This document shows positions 43,790 to 58,700 of a DNA stretch of 64,000 nt, piece by piece. The translations under genes were made by a program, and so were the position numbers. A model generated the notes under the pieces. The model was not told the DNA's origin. It saw only the letters and a program-made list of their open reading frames with translations, and did not search any database. The stretch covers positions 20,460,001 to 20,524,000 of the forward strand of contig OZ024754.1 in NCBI GenBank assembly GCA_964016885.1, written 5' to 3'. Source of the stretch: Eledone cirrhosa. Taxonomy: Eukaryota. How positions within the stretch are numbered: the stretch's first letter is position 1; each line of letters begins with the position of its first letter.

Positions 43790-46700
43790 AGACTCCTTCC
43801 CATATTAGCCTTGGTATTAACATAGGGACTCCCTCCCATATTACACTTGGTATTAACATAGGGACTCCCTCACATATTAGCCTTGGTATTAACATAGACT
43901 CCTCCCATATTACCCTTGGTATTAACATAGACTCCCTCCCATATTACCCTTGGTATTAACATAGACTCCCTCCCATATTAGCCTTGGTATTAACATAGAC
44001 TCCCTCCCATATTACCCTTGGTATTAACATAGACTCCCTCCATTATTAGCCTTGGTATTAACATAGAGACTCCCTCCCATATTAACCTTGGTAATAACAT
44101 AGACTCCCTCCCATATTACCCTTGGTATTAACATAGAATCCCTGCCATATTACCCTTGGTATTAACATAGACTCCCTCCCATATTACCCTTGGTATTAAC
44201 ATAGACTCCCTCCCATATTACCCTTGGTATTAACATAGGGACACCCTCCCATATTAACCTTGGTATTAACATAGACTCCCTCCCATATTACCCATGGCAT
44301 TAACATAGACTCCCTCCCATATTACCCTTGGTATTAACATAGACTCCCTCCCATATTACCCTTGGTATTAACATAGACTCCCTCCCATATTAGACTTGGT
44401 ATTAACATAGACTCGATCCCATATTAGACTTGGTATTAACATAGACTCCCTCCCATATTAGACTTGGTATTAATATAGGGACTCCCTCCCATATTACCCT
44501 TGGTATTAACATAGGGACTCCCTCCCATATTACCCTTGGTATTAACATAGGGACTCCCTCCCATATTACCCTTGCTATTAACATAGAGACTCCCTCCCAT
44601 ATTACCCTTGGTATTAACATAGAGACTCCCTCCCATATTACCCTTGGTATTAACATAGGGACTCCCTCCCATATTACCCTTGGTATTAACATAGAGACTC
44701 CCTCCCATATTACCCTTGGTATTAACATAGGGATTCCCTCGCATATTAGCCTTGGTATTAACATAGGGACTCCCTCCCATATTAAACTAGGTATTAACAT
44801 AGATTCCCTCCCATATTACCCTTGGTATTAACATAGACTCCCTCCCATATTACCCTTGGTATTAACATAGACTCCTCCCAGATTACCCTTGGTATTAACA
44901 TAGAATCCCTGCCATATTACCCTTGGTATTAACATAGGCTCCCTCCCATATTACCCTTGGTATTAACATAGACTCCCTCCCATATTATCCTTGGTATTAA
45001 CATAGGGACACCCTCCCATATTACCCTTGGTATTAACATAGACTCCCTCCCATATTACTCATGGTATTAACATAGACTCCCTCCCATATTACCCTTGGTA
45101 TTAACATAGACTCCCTCCCATATTACCCTTGGTATTAACATAGACTCCCTCCCATATTAGCCTTATTAACATAGGGACTCCATCCCATATTACCCTTGGT
45201 ATTAACATAGACACCCTCCCATATTACCCTTGGTATTAACATAGGGATTCCCTCCCATATTAGCCTTGGTATTAACATAGGGACTCCCTCCCATATTAGA
45301 CTAGGTATTAACATAGACTCGATCCCATATTAGACTTGGTATTAACATAGACTCCCTCCCATATTAGACTTGGTATTAACATAGACTCCATCCCATATTA
45401 CCCTTGGTATTAACATAGAGACTCCGTCCCATATTACCCTTGGTATTAACATAGGGACTCCCTCCCATATTACCCTTGGTATTAACATAGGGACTCCCTC
45501 CCATATTACCCTTGGTATTAACATAGGGACTCCCTCCCATATTACCCTTGCTATTAATATAGAGACTCACTCCCATATTACCCTTGGTATTAACATAGAG
45601 ACTCCCTCCCATATTAACCTTGGTATTAACATAGACTCCCTCCCATATTACCCTTGGTATTAACATAGAGACTCCCTCCCATATTAACCTTGGTATTAAC
45701 ATAGAGACACCCTCCCATATTAACCTTGTTATTAACATAGATTCCCTCCCATATTACCCTTGGTATTAACATAGACTCCCTCCCATATTACCCTTGGTAT
45801 TAACATAGACTCCTCCCAGATGACCCTTGGTATTAACATAGGGACTCCCTCACATATTACCCTTGGTATTAACGTAGACTCCCTCCCATATTACCCTTGG
45901 TATTAACATAGGGACTCCCTCCCATATTAGCTTTGGTATTAACATAGGGACTCCCTCCCATATTAGCCTTGTTATTAACATAGACTCCCTCCCATATTAC
46001 CATTGGTATTAACATAGGGACTCCCTCCCATATTAGCCTTGGTATTAACATAGAGACACCCTCCCATATTACCCTTGTTATTAACATAGACTCCCACCCA
46101 TATTACCCTGGGTATTAACATAGGGACGCCCTTCCATATTACCCTGGGTATTAACATAGACTCCCTCCCATATTAGCCTTATTAACATAGGGACTCCCTC
46201 CAATATTACCCATGGTATTAACATAGACAGCCTCACATATTACCCTTGGTATTAACATAGACTCCCTCCCATGTTACCCTTGGTATTAACATAGACTCCC
46301 ACCCATATTAGCCTTGGTATTAACATAGGGACTGCCTCCCATATTACCCTTGGTGTTAACATAGACTCCATCCCATATTACCCTTGGTATTAACATAGAC
46401 TCCCTCCCATATTAGCCTTGGTATTAACATAGGGACTGCCTCCCATATTACCCTTGGTGTTAACATAGACTCCATCCCATATTACCCTTGGTATTAACAT
46501 AGACTCCCTGCCATATTACCCTTGGAATTAACATAAACTCCCTCCCATATTACCCTTGGTATTAACATAGACTCCCTCCCATATTAGCCTTGGTATTAAC
46601 ATTGACTCCTCCCAGATTACCCTTGGTATTAACATAGGGACTCCCTCACATATTACCCTTGGTATTAACATAGACTCCCTCCCATATTACCCTTGGTATT

Positions 46701-49700
46701 AACATAGGGACTCCCTCACATATTACCCTTGGTATTAACATAGACTCCCTCCCATATTACCCTTGGTATTAACATAGGGACTCCCTCCCATATTAGCTTT
46801 GGTATTAACATAGGGACTCGCTCCCATATTAGCCTTGGTATTAACATAGACTCCCTCCCATATTACCCTTGGTATTAACATAGACTCCCTCCCATATTAC
46901 CCTTGGTATTAACATAGAGACTCCCTCCCATATTACCCTTGGTATTAACATAGACTCCCTCCCATATTACCCTTGGTATTAACATAGACTCCCTCCCATA
47001 TTACCCTTGGTATTAACATAGGGATTCCCTCCCATATTAGCCTTGTTATTAACATAGACTCCCTCCCATATTACCCTTGGTATTAACATAGGGAATCCCT
47101 CCCATATTAGCCTTGGTATTAACATAGACTCCCTCCCATATTACCTTTGGTATTAACATAGACTCCCTCCCATATTACCCTTGGTATTAACATAGACTCC
47201 CTCCTATATTACCCTTGGTATTAACATAGACTCCCTCCCATATTAGCCTTATTAACATAGGGACTCCCTCCCATATTACCCTTGGTATTAACATAGACTA
47301 CCTCCCATATTACCCTTGGTATTAACATAGGGACTCCCGCCCATATTACCCTTGGTATTAACATAGAGACTCCCTCCCATATTAACCGTGGTATTAAAAT
47401 AGAGACACCCTCTCATATTAACCTTGGTATTAACATAGACTCCCTCCCATATTACCCTTGGTATTAACATAGACTCCCTCAGAATATTACCCTTGGTATT
47501 AACAAAGGGACTGCCTCACATATTACCCTTGGTATTAACATAGACTCCCTCCCATATTACCCTTGGTATTAACATAGGGACTCCCTCCATATTAGCTTTG
47601 GTATTAACATAGGGGCTCCCTCCCATATTAGACTTGGTATTAACATAGACTCCCTCCCATATTAGCCTTGGTATTAACATAGGGACTCCCTCCCATATTA
47701 GACTTGGTATTAACATAGACACCCTCCCATATTACACTTGTTATTAACATAGACTCCCTCCCATATTACCCTGGGTATTAACATAGACTCCCTCCCATAT
47801 TACCCTTGGTATTAACATAGGGACGCCCTTCCATATTACCCTTGGTATTAACATAGACTCCCTCCCATATTACCCTTGGTATTAACATAGACTCCCTCCC
47901 ATATTAGCCTTGGTATTAACATAGGGACTGCCTCCCATATTACCCTTGGTGTTAACATAGGCTCCCTCCCATATTACCCTTGGTATTAACATAGACTCCC
48001 TCCCATATTAGCCTTGGTATTAACATAGACTCCCTCCCATATTACCCTTGGTATTAACATAGACTCCCTCCCATATTAGCCTTGGTATTAACATAGACTC
48101 CCTCCCATATTATCCTTGGTATTAACATAGGGACACCCTCCCATATTACCCTTGGTATTAACATAGACTCCCTCCCATATTACCCTTGGTATTAACATAG
48201 GGACTCCCTCCCATATTACCCTTGGTATTAACATAGAGACTCCCTCCCATATTACCCTTGGTATTAACATAGGGATTCCCTCCCATATTAGCCTTGGTAT
48301 TAACATAGGGACTCCCTCCCATATTAAACTAGGTATTAACATAGATTCCCACGCATATTACCCTTGGTATTAACATAGACTCCCTCCCATATTACCCTTG
48401 GTATTAACATAGACTCCTCCCAGATTACCCTTGGTATTAACATAGAATCCCTGCCATATTACCCTTGGTATTAACATAGACTCCCTCCCATATTACCCTT
48501 GGTATTAACATAGACTCCCTCCCATATTATCCTTGGTATTAACATAGGGACACCCTCCCATATTACCCTTGGTATTAACATAGACTCCCTCCCATATTAC
48601 CCATGGTATTAACATAGACTCCCTCCCATATTACCCTTGGTATTAACATAGACTCCCTCCCATATTACCCTTGGTATTAACATAGACTCCCTCCCATATT
48701 AGCCTTATTAACATAGGGACTCCATCCCATATTACCCTTGGTATTAACATAGACACCCTCCCATATTACCCTTGGTATTAACATAGGGATTCCCTCCCAT
48801 ATTAGGCTTGGTATTAACATAGGGACTCCCTCCCATATTAGACTAGGTATTAACATAGACTCGATCCCATATTAGACTTGGTATTAACATAGACTCCCTC
48901 CCATATTAGACTTGGTATTAACATAGACTCCATCCCATATTACCCTTGCTATTAATATAGAGACTCCCTCCCATATTACCCTTGGTATTAACATAGAGAC
49001 TCCCTCCCATATTAACCTTGGTATTAACATAGACTCCTTCCCATATTACCCTTGGTATTAACATAGAGACTCCCTCCCATATTAACCTTGGTATTAACAT
49101 AGAGACACCCTCCCATATTAACCTTGTTATTAACATAGATTCCCTCCCATATTACCCTTGGTATTAACATAGACTCCCTCCCATATTACCCTTGGTATTA
49201 ACATAGACTCCTCCCAGATTACCCTTGGTATTAACATAGGGACTCCCTCACATATTACCCTTGGTATTAACGTAGACTCCCTCCCATATTACCCTTGGTA
49301 TTAACATAGGGACTCCCTCCCATATTAGCTTTGGTATTAACATAGGGACTCCCTCCCATATTAGCCTTGGTATTAACATAGACTCCCTCCCATATTACCA
49401 TTGGTATTAACATAGGGACTCCCTCCCATATTAGCCTTGGTATTAACATAGAGACACCCTCCCATATTACCCTTGTTATTAACATAGACTCCCACCCATA
49501 TTACCCTGGGTATTAACATACGGACGCCCTTCCATATTACCCTGGGTATTAACATAGACTCCCTCCCATATTAGCCTTATTAACATAGGGACTCCCTCCA
49601 ATATTACCCATGGTATTAACATAGACAGCCTCACATATTACCCTTGGTATTAACATAGACTCCCTCCCATGTTACCCTTGGTATTAACATAGACTCCCTC

Positions 49701-52700
49701 CCATATTAGCCTTGGTATTAACATAGGGACTGCCTCCCATATTACCCTTGGTGTTAACATAGACTCCATCCCATATTATCCTTGGTATTAACATAGACTC
49801 CCTCCCATATTAGCCTTGGTATTAACATAGGGACTGCCTCCCATATTACCCTTGGTGTTAACATAGACTCCATCCCATATTACCCTTGGTATTAACATAG
49901 ACTCCCTGCCATATTACCCTTGGAATTAACATAAACTCCCTCCCATATTACCCTTGGTATTAACATAGACTCCCTCCCATATTAGCCTTGGTATTAACAT
50001 TGACTCCTCCCAGATTACCCTTGGTATTAACATAGGGACTCCCTCACATATTACCCTTCGTATTAACATAGACTCCCTCCCAGTTTACCCTTGGTATTAA
50101 CATAGGGACTCCCTCACATATTACCCTTGGTATTAACATAGACTCCCTCCCATATTACCCTTGGTATTAACATAGGGACTCCCTCCCATATTAGCTTTGG
50201 TATTAACATAGGGACTCGCTCCCATATTAGCCTTGGTATTAACATAGACTCCCTCCCATATTACCCTTGGTATTAACATAGACTCCCTCCCATATTACCC
50301 TTGGTATTAACATAGAGACTCCCTCCCATATTACCCTTGGTATTAACATAGACTCCCTCTCATATTACCCTTGGTATTAACATAGACTCCCTCCCATATT
50401 AGCCTTGGTATTAACATAGACTCCCTCCCATATTACCCTTGGTATTAACATAGACTCCCTCCCATATTACCTTTGGTATTAACATAGACTCCCTCCCATA
50501 TTACCCTTGGTATTAACATAGACTCCCTCCTATATTACCCTTGGTATTAACATAGACTCCCTCCCATATTAGCCTTATTAACATAGGGACTCCCTCCATA
50601 TTAGCTTTGGTATTAACATAGGGGCTCCCTCCCATATTAGACTTGGTATTAACATAGACTCCCTCCCATATTACCCTTGGTATTAACATAGACTCCCTCC
50701 CATATTACCCTTGGTATTAACATAGAGACTCCCTCCCATATTAACCGTGGTATTAAAATAGAGACTCCCTCACATATTACCCTTGGTATTAACATAGACT
50801 CCCTCCCATATTACCCTTGGTATTAACATGGGGACTCCCTCCATATTAGCTTTGGTATTAACATAGGGGCTCCCTCCCATATTAGACTTGGTATTAACAT
50901 AGACTCCCTCCCATATTAGCCTTGGTATTAACATAGGGACTCCCTCCCATATTAGACTTGGTATTAACATAGACACCCTCCCATATTACACTTGTTATTA
51001 ACATAGACTCCCTCCCATATTACCCTGGGTATTAACATAGACTCCCTCCCATATTACCCTTGGTATTAACATAGGGACGCCCTTCCATATTACCCTGGGT
51101 ATTAACATAGGCTCCCTCCCATATTACCCTTGGTATTAACATAGACTCCCTCCCATATTAGCCTTATTAACATAGGAACTCCCTCCAATATTACCCTTGG
51201 TATTAACATAGACTCCCTCCCATATTACCCTTGGTATTAACATAGACTCCCTCCCATATTAGCCTTGGTATTAACATAGGGACTGCCTCCCATATTACCC
51301 TTGGTGTTAACATAGGCTCCCTCCCATATTACCCTTGGTATTAACATAGACTCCCTCCCATATTAGCCTTGGTATTAACATAGACTCCCTCCCATATTAC
51401 CCTTGGTATTAACATAGACTCCCTCCCATATTAGCCTTGGTATTAACATAGACTCCCTCCCATATTAACCTTGGTATTAACATAGTCTCCCTCCCATATT
51501 ACCCTTGGTATTAACATAGACTCCCTCCCTTATTAGCCTTGGTATTAACATAGAGACTCCCTCCCATATTAACCTTGGTATTAACATAGAATCCCTCCCA
51601 TACTACCCTTGGTATTAACATAGACTCCCTCTCATATTACCCTTGGTATTAACATAGACTCCCTCCCTTATTAGCCTTGGTATTAACATAGAGACTCCCT
51701 CCCATATTAACCTTGGTATTAACATAGAATCCCTCCCATACTACCCTTGGTATTAACATAGACTCCCTCCCATATTACCCTTGGTATTAACATAGACTCC
51801 CTCCCATATTACCCTTGGTATTAACATAGACTTCCTCCCATATTACCCTTGGTATTAACATAGACTCCCTCCTATATTACCCTTGGTATTAACATAGACT
51901 CCCTCCCATATTAGCTTTATTAACATAGGGACTCCCTCCCATATTACCCTTGGTATTAACATAGACTCCCTCCCATATTACCCTTGGTATTAACATAGAC
52001 TCCCTGCCATATTACCCTTGGTATTAACATAGATCCCTCCCATATTACCTTTGGTATTAACATAGACTCCCTCCCATATTACCCTTGGTATTAACATAGA
52101 CTATCTCCCATATTACCCTTGGTATTAACATAGACTCCCTCCCATATTACCCTTAGTATTAACATAGGCACTCCCTCCCATATTAACCTTGGTATTAACA
52201 TAGAGACTCCCTCCCATATTAACCTTGGTATTAACATAGAGACACCCTCCCATATTAACCTTGGTATTAACATAGACTCCCTCCCATATTACCCTTGGTA
52301 TTAACAGAGACTTCCTCCCATATTACCCTTGGTATTAACATAGACTCCTCCCAGATTACCCTTGGTATTAACATAGACTCTCCCCATATTAGCCTTTGTA
52401 TTAACATAGAGACTCCCTCCCATATTACCCTTGGTATTAACATAGACTCTCTCCCATATTACCCTTGGTATTAACATAGACTCCTCCCAGATTACCCTTG
52501 GTATTAACATAGAATCCCTGCCATATTACCCTTGGTATTAACATAGACTCCCTCCCATATTACCCTTGGTATTAACATAGACTCCCTCCCATATTACCCT
52601 TGGTATTAACATAGACTCCCTCCCATATTATCCTTGGTATTAACATAGGGACACCCTCCCATATTACCCTTGGTATTAACATAGACTCCCTCCCATATTA

Positions 52701-55700
52701 CCCATGGTATTAACATAGACTCCCTCCCATATTACCCTTGGTATTAACATAGACTCCCTCCCATATTACCCTTGGTATTAACATAGACTCCCTCCCATAT
52801 TAGCCTTATTAACATAGGGACTCCATCCCATATTACCCTTGGTATTAACATAGACACCCTCCCATATTACCCTTGGTATTAACATAGGGATTCCCTCCCA
52901 TATTAGCCTTGGTATTAACATAGGGACTCCCTCCCATATTAGACTAGGTATTAACATAGACTCGATCCCATATTAGACTTGGTATTAACATAGACTCCCT
53001 CCCATATTAGACTTGGTATTAACATAGACTCCATCCCATATTACCCTTGGTATTAACATAGAGACTCCGTCCCATATTACCCTTGGTATTAACATAGGGA
53101 CTCCCTCCCATATTACCCTTGGTATTAACATAGGGACTCCCTCCAATATTACCCTTGGTATTAACATAGGGACTCCCTCCCATATTACCCTTGCTATTAA
53201 TATAGAGACTCCCTCCCATATTACCCTTGGTATTAACATAGAGACTCCCTCCCATATTAACCTTGGTATTAACATAGACTCCCTCCCATATTACCCTTGG
53301 TATTAACATAGAGACTCCCTCCCATATTAACCTTGGTATTAACATAGAGACACCCTCCCATATTAACCTTGTTATTAACATAGATTCCCTCCCATATTAC
53401 CCTTGGTATTAACATAGACTCCCTCCCAGATTACCCTTGGTATTAACATAGGGACTCCCTCACATATTACCCTTGGTATTAACGTAGACTCCCTCCCATA
53501 TTACCCTTGGTATTAACATAGGGACTCCCTCCCATATTAGCTTTGGTATTAACATAGGGACTCCCTCCCATATTAGCCTTGGTATTAACATAGACTCCCT
53601 CCCATATTACCATTGGTATTAACATAGAGACTCCCTCCCATATTAGCCTTGGTATTAACATAGAGACACCCTCCCATATTACCCTTGTTATTAACATAGA
53701 CTCCCACCCATATTACCCTGGGTATGAACATAGGGACGCCCTTCCATATTACCCTGGGTATTAACATAGACTCCCTCCCATATTAGCCTTATTAACATAG
53801 GGACTCCCTCCAATATTACCCATGGTATTAACATAGACAGCCTCACATATTACCCTTGGTATTAACATAGACTCCCTCCCATGTTACCCTTGGTATTAAC
53901 ATAGACTCCCTCCCATATTAGCCTTGGTATTAACATAGGGACTGCCTCCCATATTACCCTTGGTGTTAACATAGACTCCATCCCATATTACCCTTGGTAT
54001 TAACATAGACTCCCTCCCATATTAGCCTTGGTATTAACATAGGGACTGCCTCCCATATTACCCTTGGTGTTAACATAGACTCCATCCCATATTACCCTTG
54101 GTATTAACATAGACTCCCTGCCATATTACCCTTGGAATTAACATAAACTCCCTCCCATATTACCCTTGGTATTAACATAGACTCCCTCCCATATTAGCCT
54201 TGGTATTAACATTGACTCCTCCCAGATTACCCTTGGTATTAACATAGGGACTCCCTCACATATTACCCTTGGTATTAACATAGACTCCCTCCCATATTAC
54301 CCTTGGTATTAACATAGGGACTCCCTCACATATTACCCTTGGTATTAACATAGACTCCCTCCCATATTACTCTTGGTATTAACATAGGGACTCCCTCCCA
54401 TATTAGCTTTGGTATTAACATAGGGACTCGCTCCCATATTAGCCTTGGTATTAACATAGACTCCCTCCCATATTACCCTTGGTATTAACATAGACTCCCT
54501 CCCATATTACCCTTGGTATTAACATAGAGACTCCCTCCCATATTACCCTTGGTATTAACATAGACTCCCTCCAATATTACCCTTGGTATTAACATAGACT
54601 CCCTCCCATATTACCCTTGGTATTAACATAGGGAATCCCTCCCATATTAGCCTTGGTATTAACATAGACTCCCTCCCATATTACCCTTGGTATTAACATA
54701 GACTCCCTCCCATATTACCTTTGGTATTAACATAGACTCCCTCCCATATTACCCTTGGTATTAACATAGACTCCTCCTATATTACCCTTGGTATTAACAT
54801 AGACTCGCTCCCATATTAGCCTTATTAACATAGGGACTCCCTCCCGCATTACCCTTGGTATTAACATAGACTACCTCCCATATTACCCTTGGTATTAACA
54901 TAGGGACTCCCTCCCATATTACCCTTGGTATTAACATAGAGACTCCCTCCCATATTAACCTTGGTATTAAAATAGAGACACCCTCTCATATTAACCTTGG
55001 TATTAACATAGACTCCCTCCCATATTACCCTTGGTATTAACATAGACTCCCTCCCATATTACCCTTGGTATTAACATAGTCTCCTCCCAGATTACCCTTG
55101 GTATTAACATAGACTCCCCCCATATTAGCCTTTGTATTAACATAGAGACTCCCTCACATATTACCCTTGGTATTAACATAGACTCCCTCAGAATATTACC
55201 CTTGGTATTAACATAGGGACTCCCTCACATATTACCCTTGGTATTAACATAGACTCCCTCCCATATTACCCTTGGTATTAACATAGGGACTCCCTCCATA
55301 TTAGCTTTGGTATTAACATAGGGGCTCCCTCCCATATTAGACTTGGTATTAACATAGACTCCCTCCCATATTAGCCTTGGTATTAACATAGGGACTCCCT
55401 CCCATATTAGACTTGGTATTAACATAGACACCCTCCCATATTACACTTGTTATTAACATAGACTCCCTCCCATATTACCCTGGGTATTAACATAGACTCC
55501 CTCCCATATTACCCTTGGTATTAACATAGGGACGCCCTTCCATATTACCCTGGGTATTAACATAGACTCCCTCCCATATTAGCCTTATTAACATAGGGAC
55601 TCCCTCCAATATTACCCTTGGTATTAACATAGACACCCTCCCATATTACCCTTGGTATTAACATAGGGACTCCCTCCCATATTACCCTTGGTATTAACAT

Positions 55701-58700
55701 AGACTCCCTCCCATATTAGCCTTGGTATTAACATAGGGACTGCCTCCCATATTACCCTTGGTATTAACATAGACTCCCTCCCATATTACCCTTGGTATTA
55801 ACATAGGGACGCCCTTCCATATTACCCTGGGTATTAATATAGATTCCCTCCCATATTAGCCTTATTAACATAGGGACTCCCTCCAATATTACCCTTGGTA
55901 TTAACATAGACACCCTCCCATATTACCCTTGGTATTAACATAGGGACTCCCTCCCATATTACCCTTGGTATTAACATAGACTCCCTCCCATATTACCCTT
56001 GGTATTAACATAGACTCCCTCCCATATTAGCCTTGGTATTAACATAGGGACTGCCTCCCATATTACCCTTGGTGTTAACATAGACTCCCTCCCATATTAC
56101 CCTTGGTATTAACATAGACTCCCTCCCATATTAGCCTTGGTATTAACATAGACTCCCTCCCATATTACCCTTGGTATTAACATAGACTCCGTCCCATATT
56201 AGCCTTGGTATTAACATAGACTCCCTCCCATATTAACCTTGGTATTAACATAGACTCCCTCCCATATTACCCTTGGTATTAACATAGACTCCCTCCCATA
56301 TTAACCTTGGTATTAACATAGACTCCCTCCCATATTAACCTTGGTATTAACATAGACTCCCTCCTATATTACCCTTGGTATTAACATAGACTCCCTCCCA
56401 TATTAACCTTGGTATTAACATAGACTCCCTCCCATATTAACCTTGGTATTAACATAGATTCCCTCCCATATTAACCTTGGTATTAACATAGACTCCCTCC
56501 CATATTAACCTTGGTATTAACATAGACTCCCTCCCATATTACCCTTGGTATTAACATAGACTCCCTCCCATATTAGCCTTGGTATTAACATAGACTCCCT
56601 CCCATATTAACCTTGGTATTAACATAGACTCCCTCCCATATTAACCTTGGTATTAACATAGACTCCCTCCCTTATTAGCCTTGGTATTAACATAGAGACT
56701 CCCTCCCATATTAACCTTGGTATTAACATAGAATCCCTCCCATACTACCCTTGGTATTAACATAGACTCCCTCTCATATTACCCTTGGTATTAACATAGA
56801 CTCGCTGCCATATTACCCTTGGTATTAACATAGACTCCCTCCCATATTACCCTTGGTATTAACATAGACTTCCTCCCATATTACCCTTGGTATTAACATA
56901 GACTCCCTCCTATATTACCCTTGGTATTAACATAGACTCCCTCCGATATTAGCTTTATTAACATAGGGACTCCCTCCCATATTACCCTTGGTATTAACAT
57001 AGATTCCCTGCCATATTACCCTTGGTATTAACATAGATCCCTCCCATATTACCTTTGGTATTAACATAGACTCCCTCCCATATTACCCTTGGTATTAACA
57101 TAGACTATCTCCCATATTACCCTTGGTATTAACATAGACTCCCTCCCATTTTACCCTTAGTATTAACATAGGCACTCCCTCCCATATTAACCTTGGTATT
57201 AACATAGAGACACCCTCCCATATTAACCTTGGTATTAACATAGACTCCCTCCCATATTAGCCTTGGTATTAACATTGACTCCTCCCAGATTACCCTTGGT
57301 ATTAACATAGGGACTCCCTCACATATTACCCTTGGTATTAACATAGACTCCCTCCCATATTAACCTTGGTATTAACATAGACTCCCTCCCATATTACCCT
57401 TGGTATTAACATATACTCCCTCCCTTATTAGCCTTGGTATTAACATAGAGACTCCCTCCCATATTAACCTTGGTATTAACATAGAATTCCTCCCATACTA
57501 CCCTTGGTATTAACATAGACTCCCTCTCATATTACCCTTGGTATTAACATAGACTCGCTCCCATATTACCCTTGGTATTAACATAGACTCCCTCCCATAT
57601 TACCCTTGGTATTAACATAGACTTCCTCCCATATTACCCTTGGTATTAACATAGACTCCTCCCAGATTACCCTTGGTATTAACATAGACTCTCCCCATAT
57701 TAGCCTTTGTATTAACATAGAGACTCCCTCCCATATTACCCTTGGTATTAACATAGACTCCCTCCCATATTACCCTTGGTATTAACATAGGGACTCCCTC
57801 ACATATTACCCTTGGTATTAACATAGACTTCCTCCCATATTAGCCTTATTAACATAGGGACTCCCTCCAATATTACCCTTGGTATTAACATAGACACCCT
57901 CCCATATTACCCTTGGTATTAACATAGGGACTCCCTCCCATATTACCCTTGGTATTAACATAGACTCCCTCCCATATTACCCTTGGTATTAACATAGACT
58001 CCCTCCCATATTAGCCTTGGTATTAACATAGGGACTGCCTCCCATATTACCCTTGGTGTTAACATAGACACCCTCCCATATTACCCTTGGTATTAACATA
58101 GGGACTCCCTCCCATACTACCCTGGGTATTAACATAGACTCCCTCACATATTACCCTTGGTATTAACATAGACACCCTCCCTTATTAGCCTTGGTATTAA
58201 CATAGAGACTCCCTGCCATATTAACCTTGGTATTAACATAGAAACCCTCCCATATTATCCTTGGTATTAACATAGGGACTCCCTCCCATATTAGCCTTGG
58301 TATTAACATAGACTCCCTCCCATATTAGACCAGGTATTAACATAGACTCCCTCCCATATTAGACTTGGTATTAACATAGACTCCCTCCCATATTTGACTT
58401 GGTATTAACATAGACTCCGTCCCATATTACCCTTGGTATTAACATAGGGACTCCCTCCCATATTAGCTTTGGTATTAACATAGGGACTCCCTCCCATATT
58501 AGCCTTGGTATTAACATAGACTCCCTCCCATATTACCATTGGTATTAACATAGAGACTCCCTCCCATATTAGCCTTGGTATTAACATAGAGACACCCTCC
58601 CATATTACCCTTGTTATTAACATAGACTCCCACCCATATTACCCTGGGTATTAACATAGGGACGCCCTTCCATATTACCCTGGGTATTAACATAGACTCC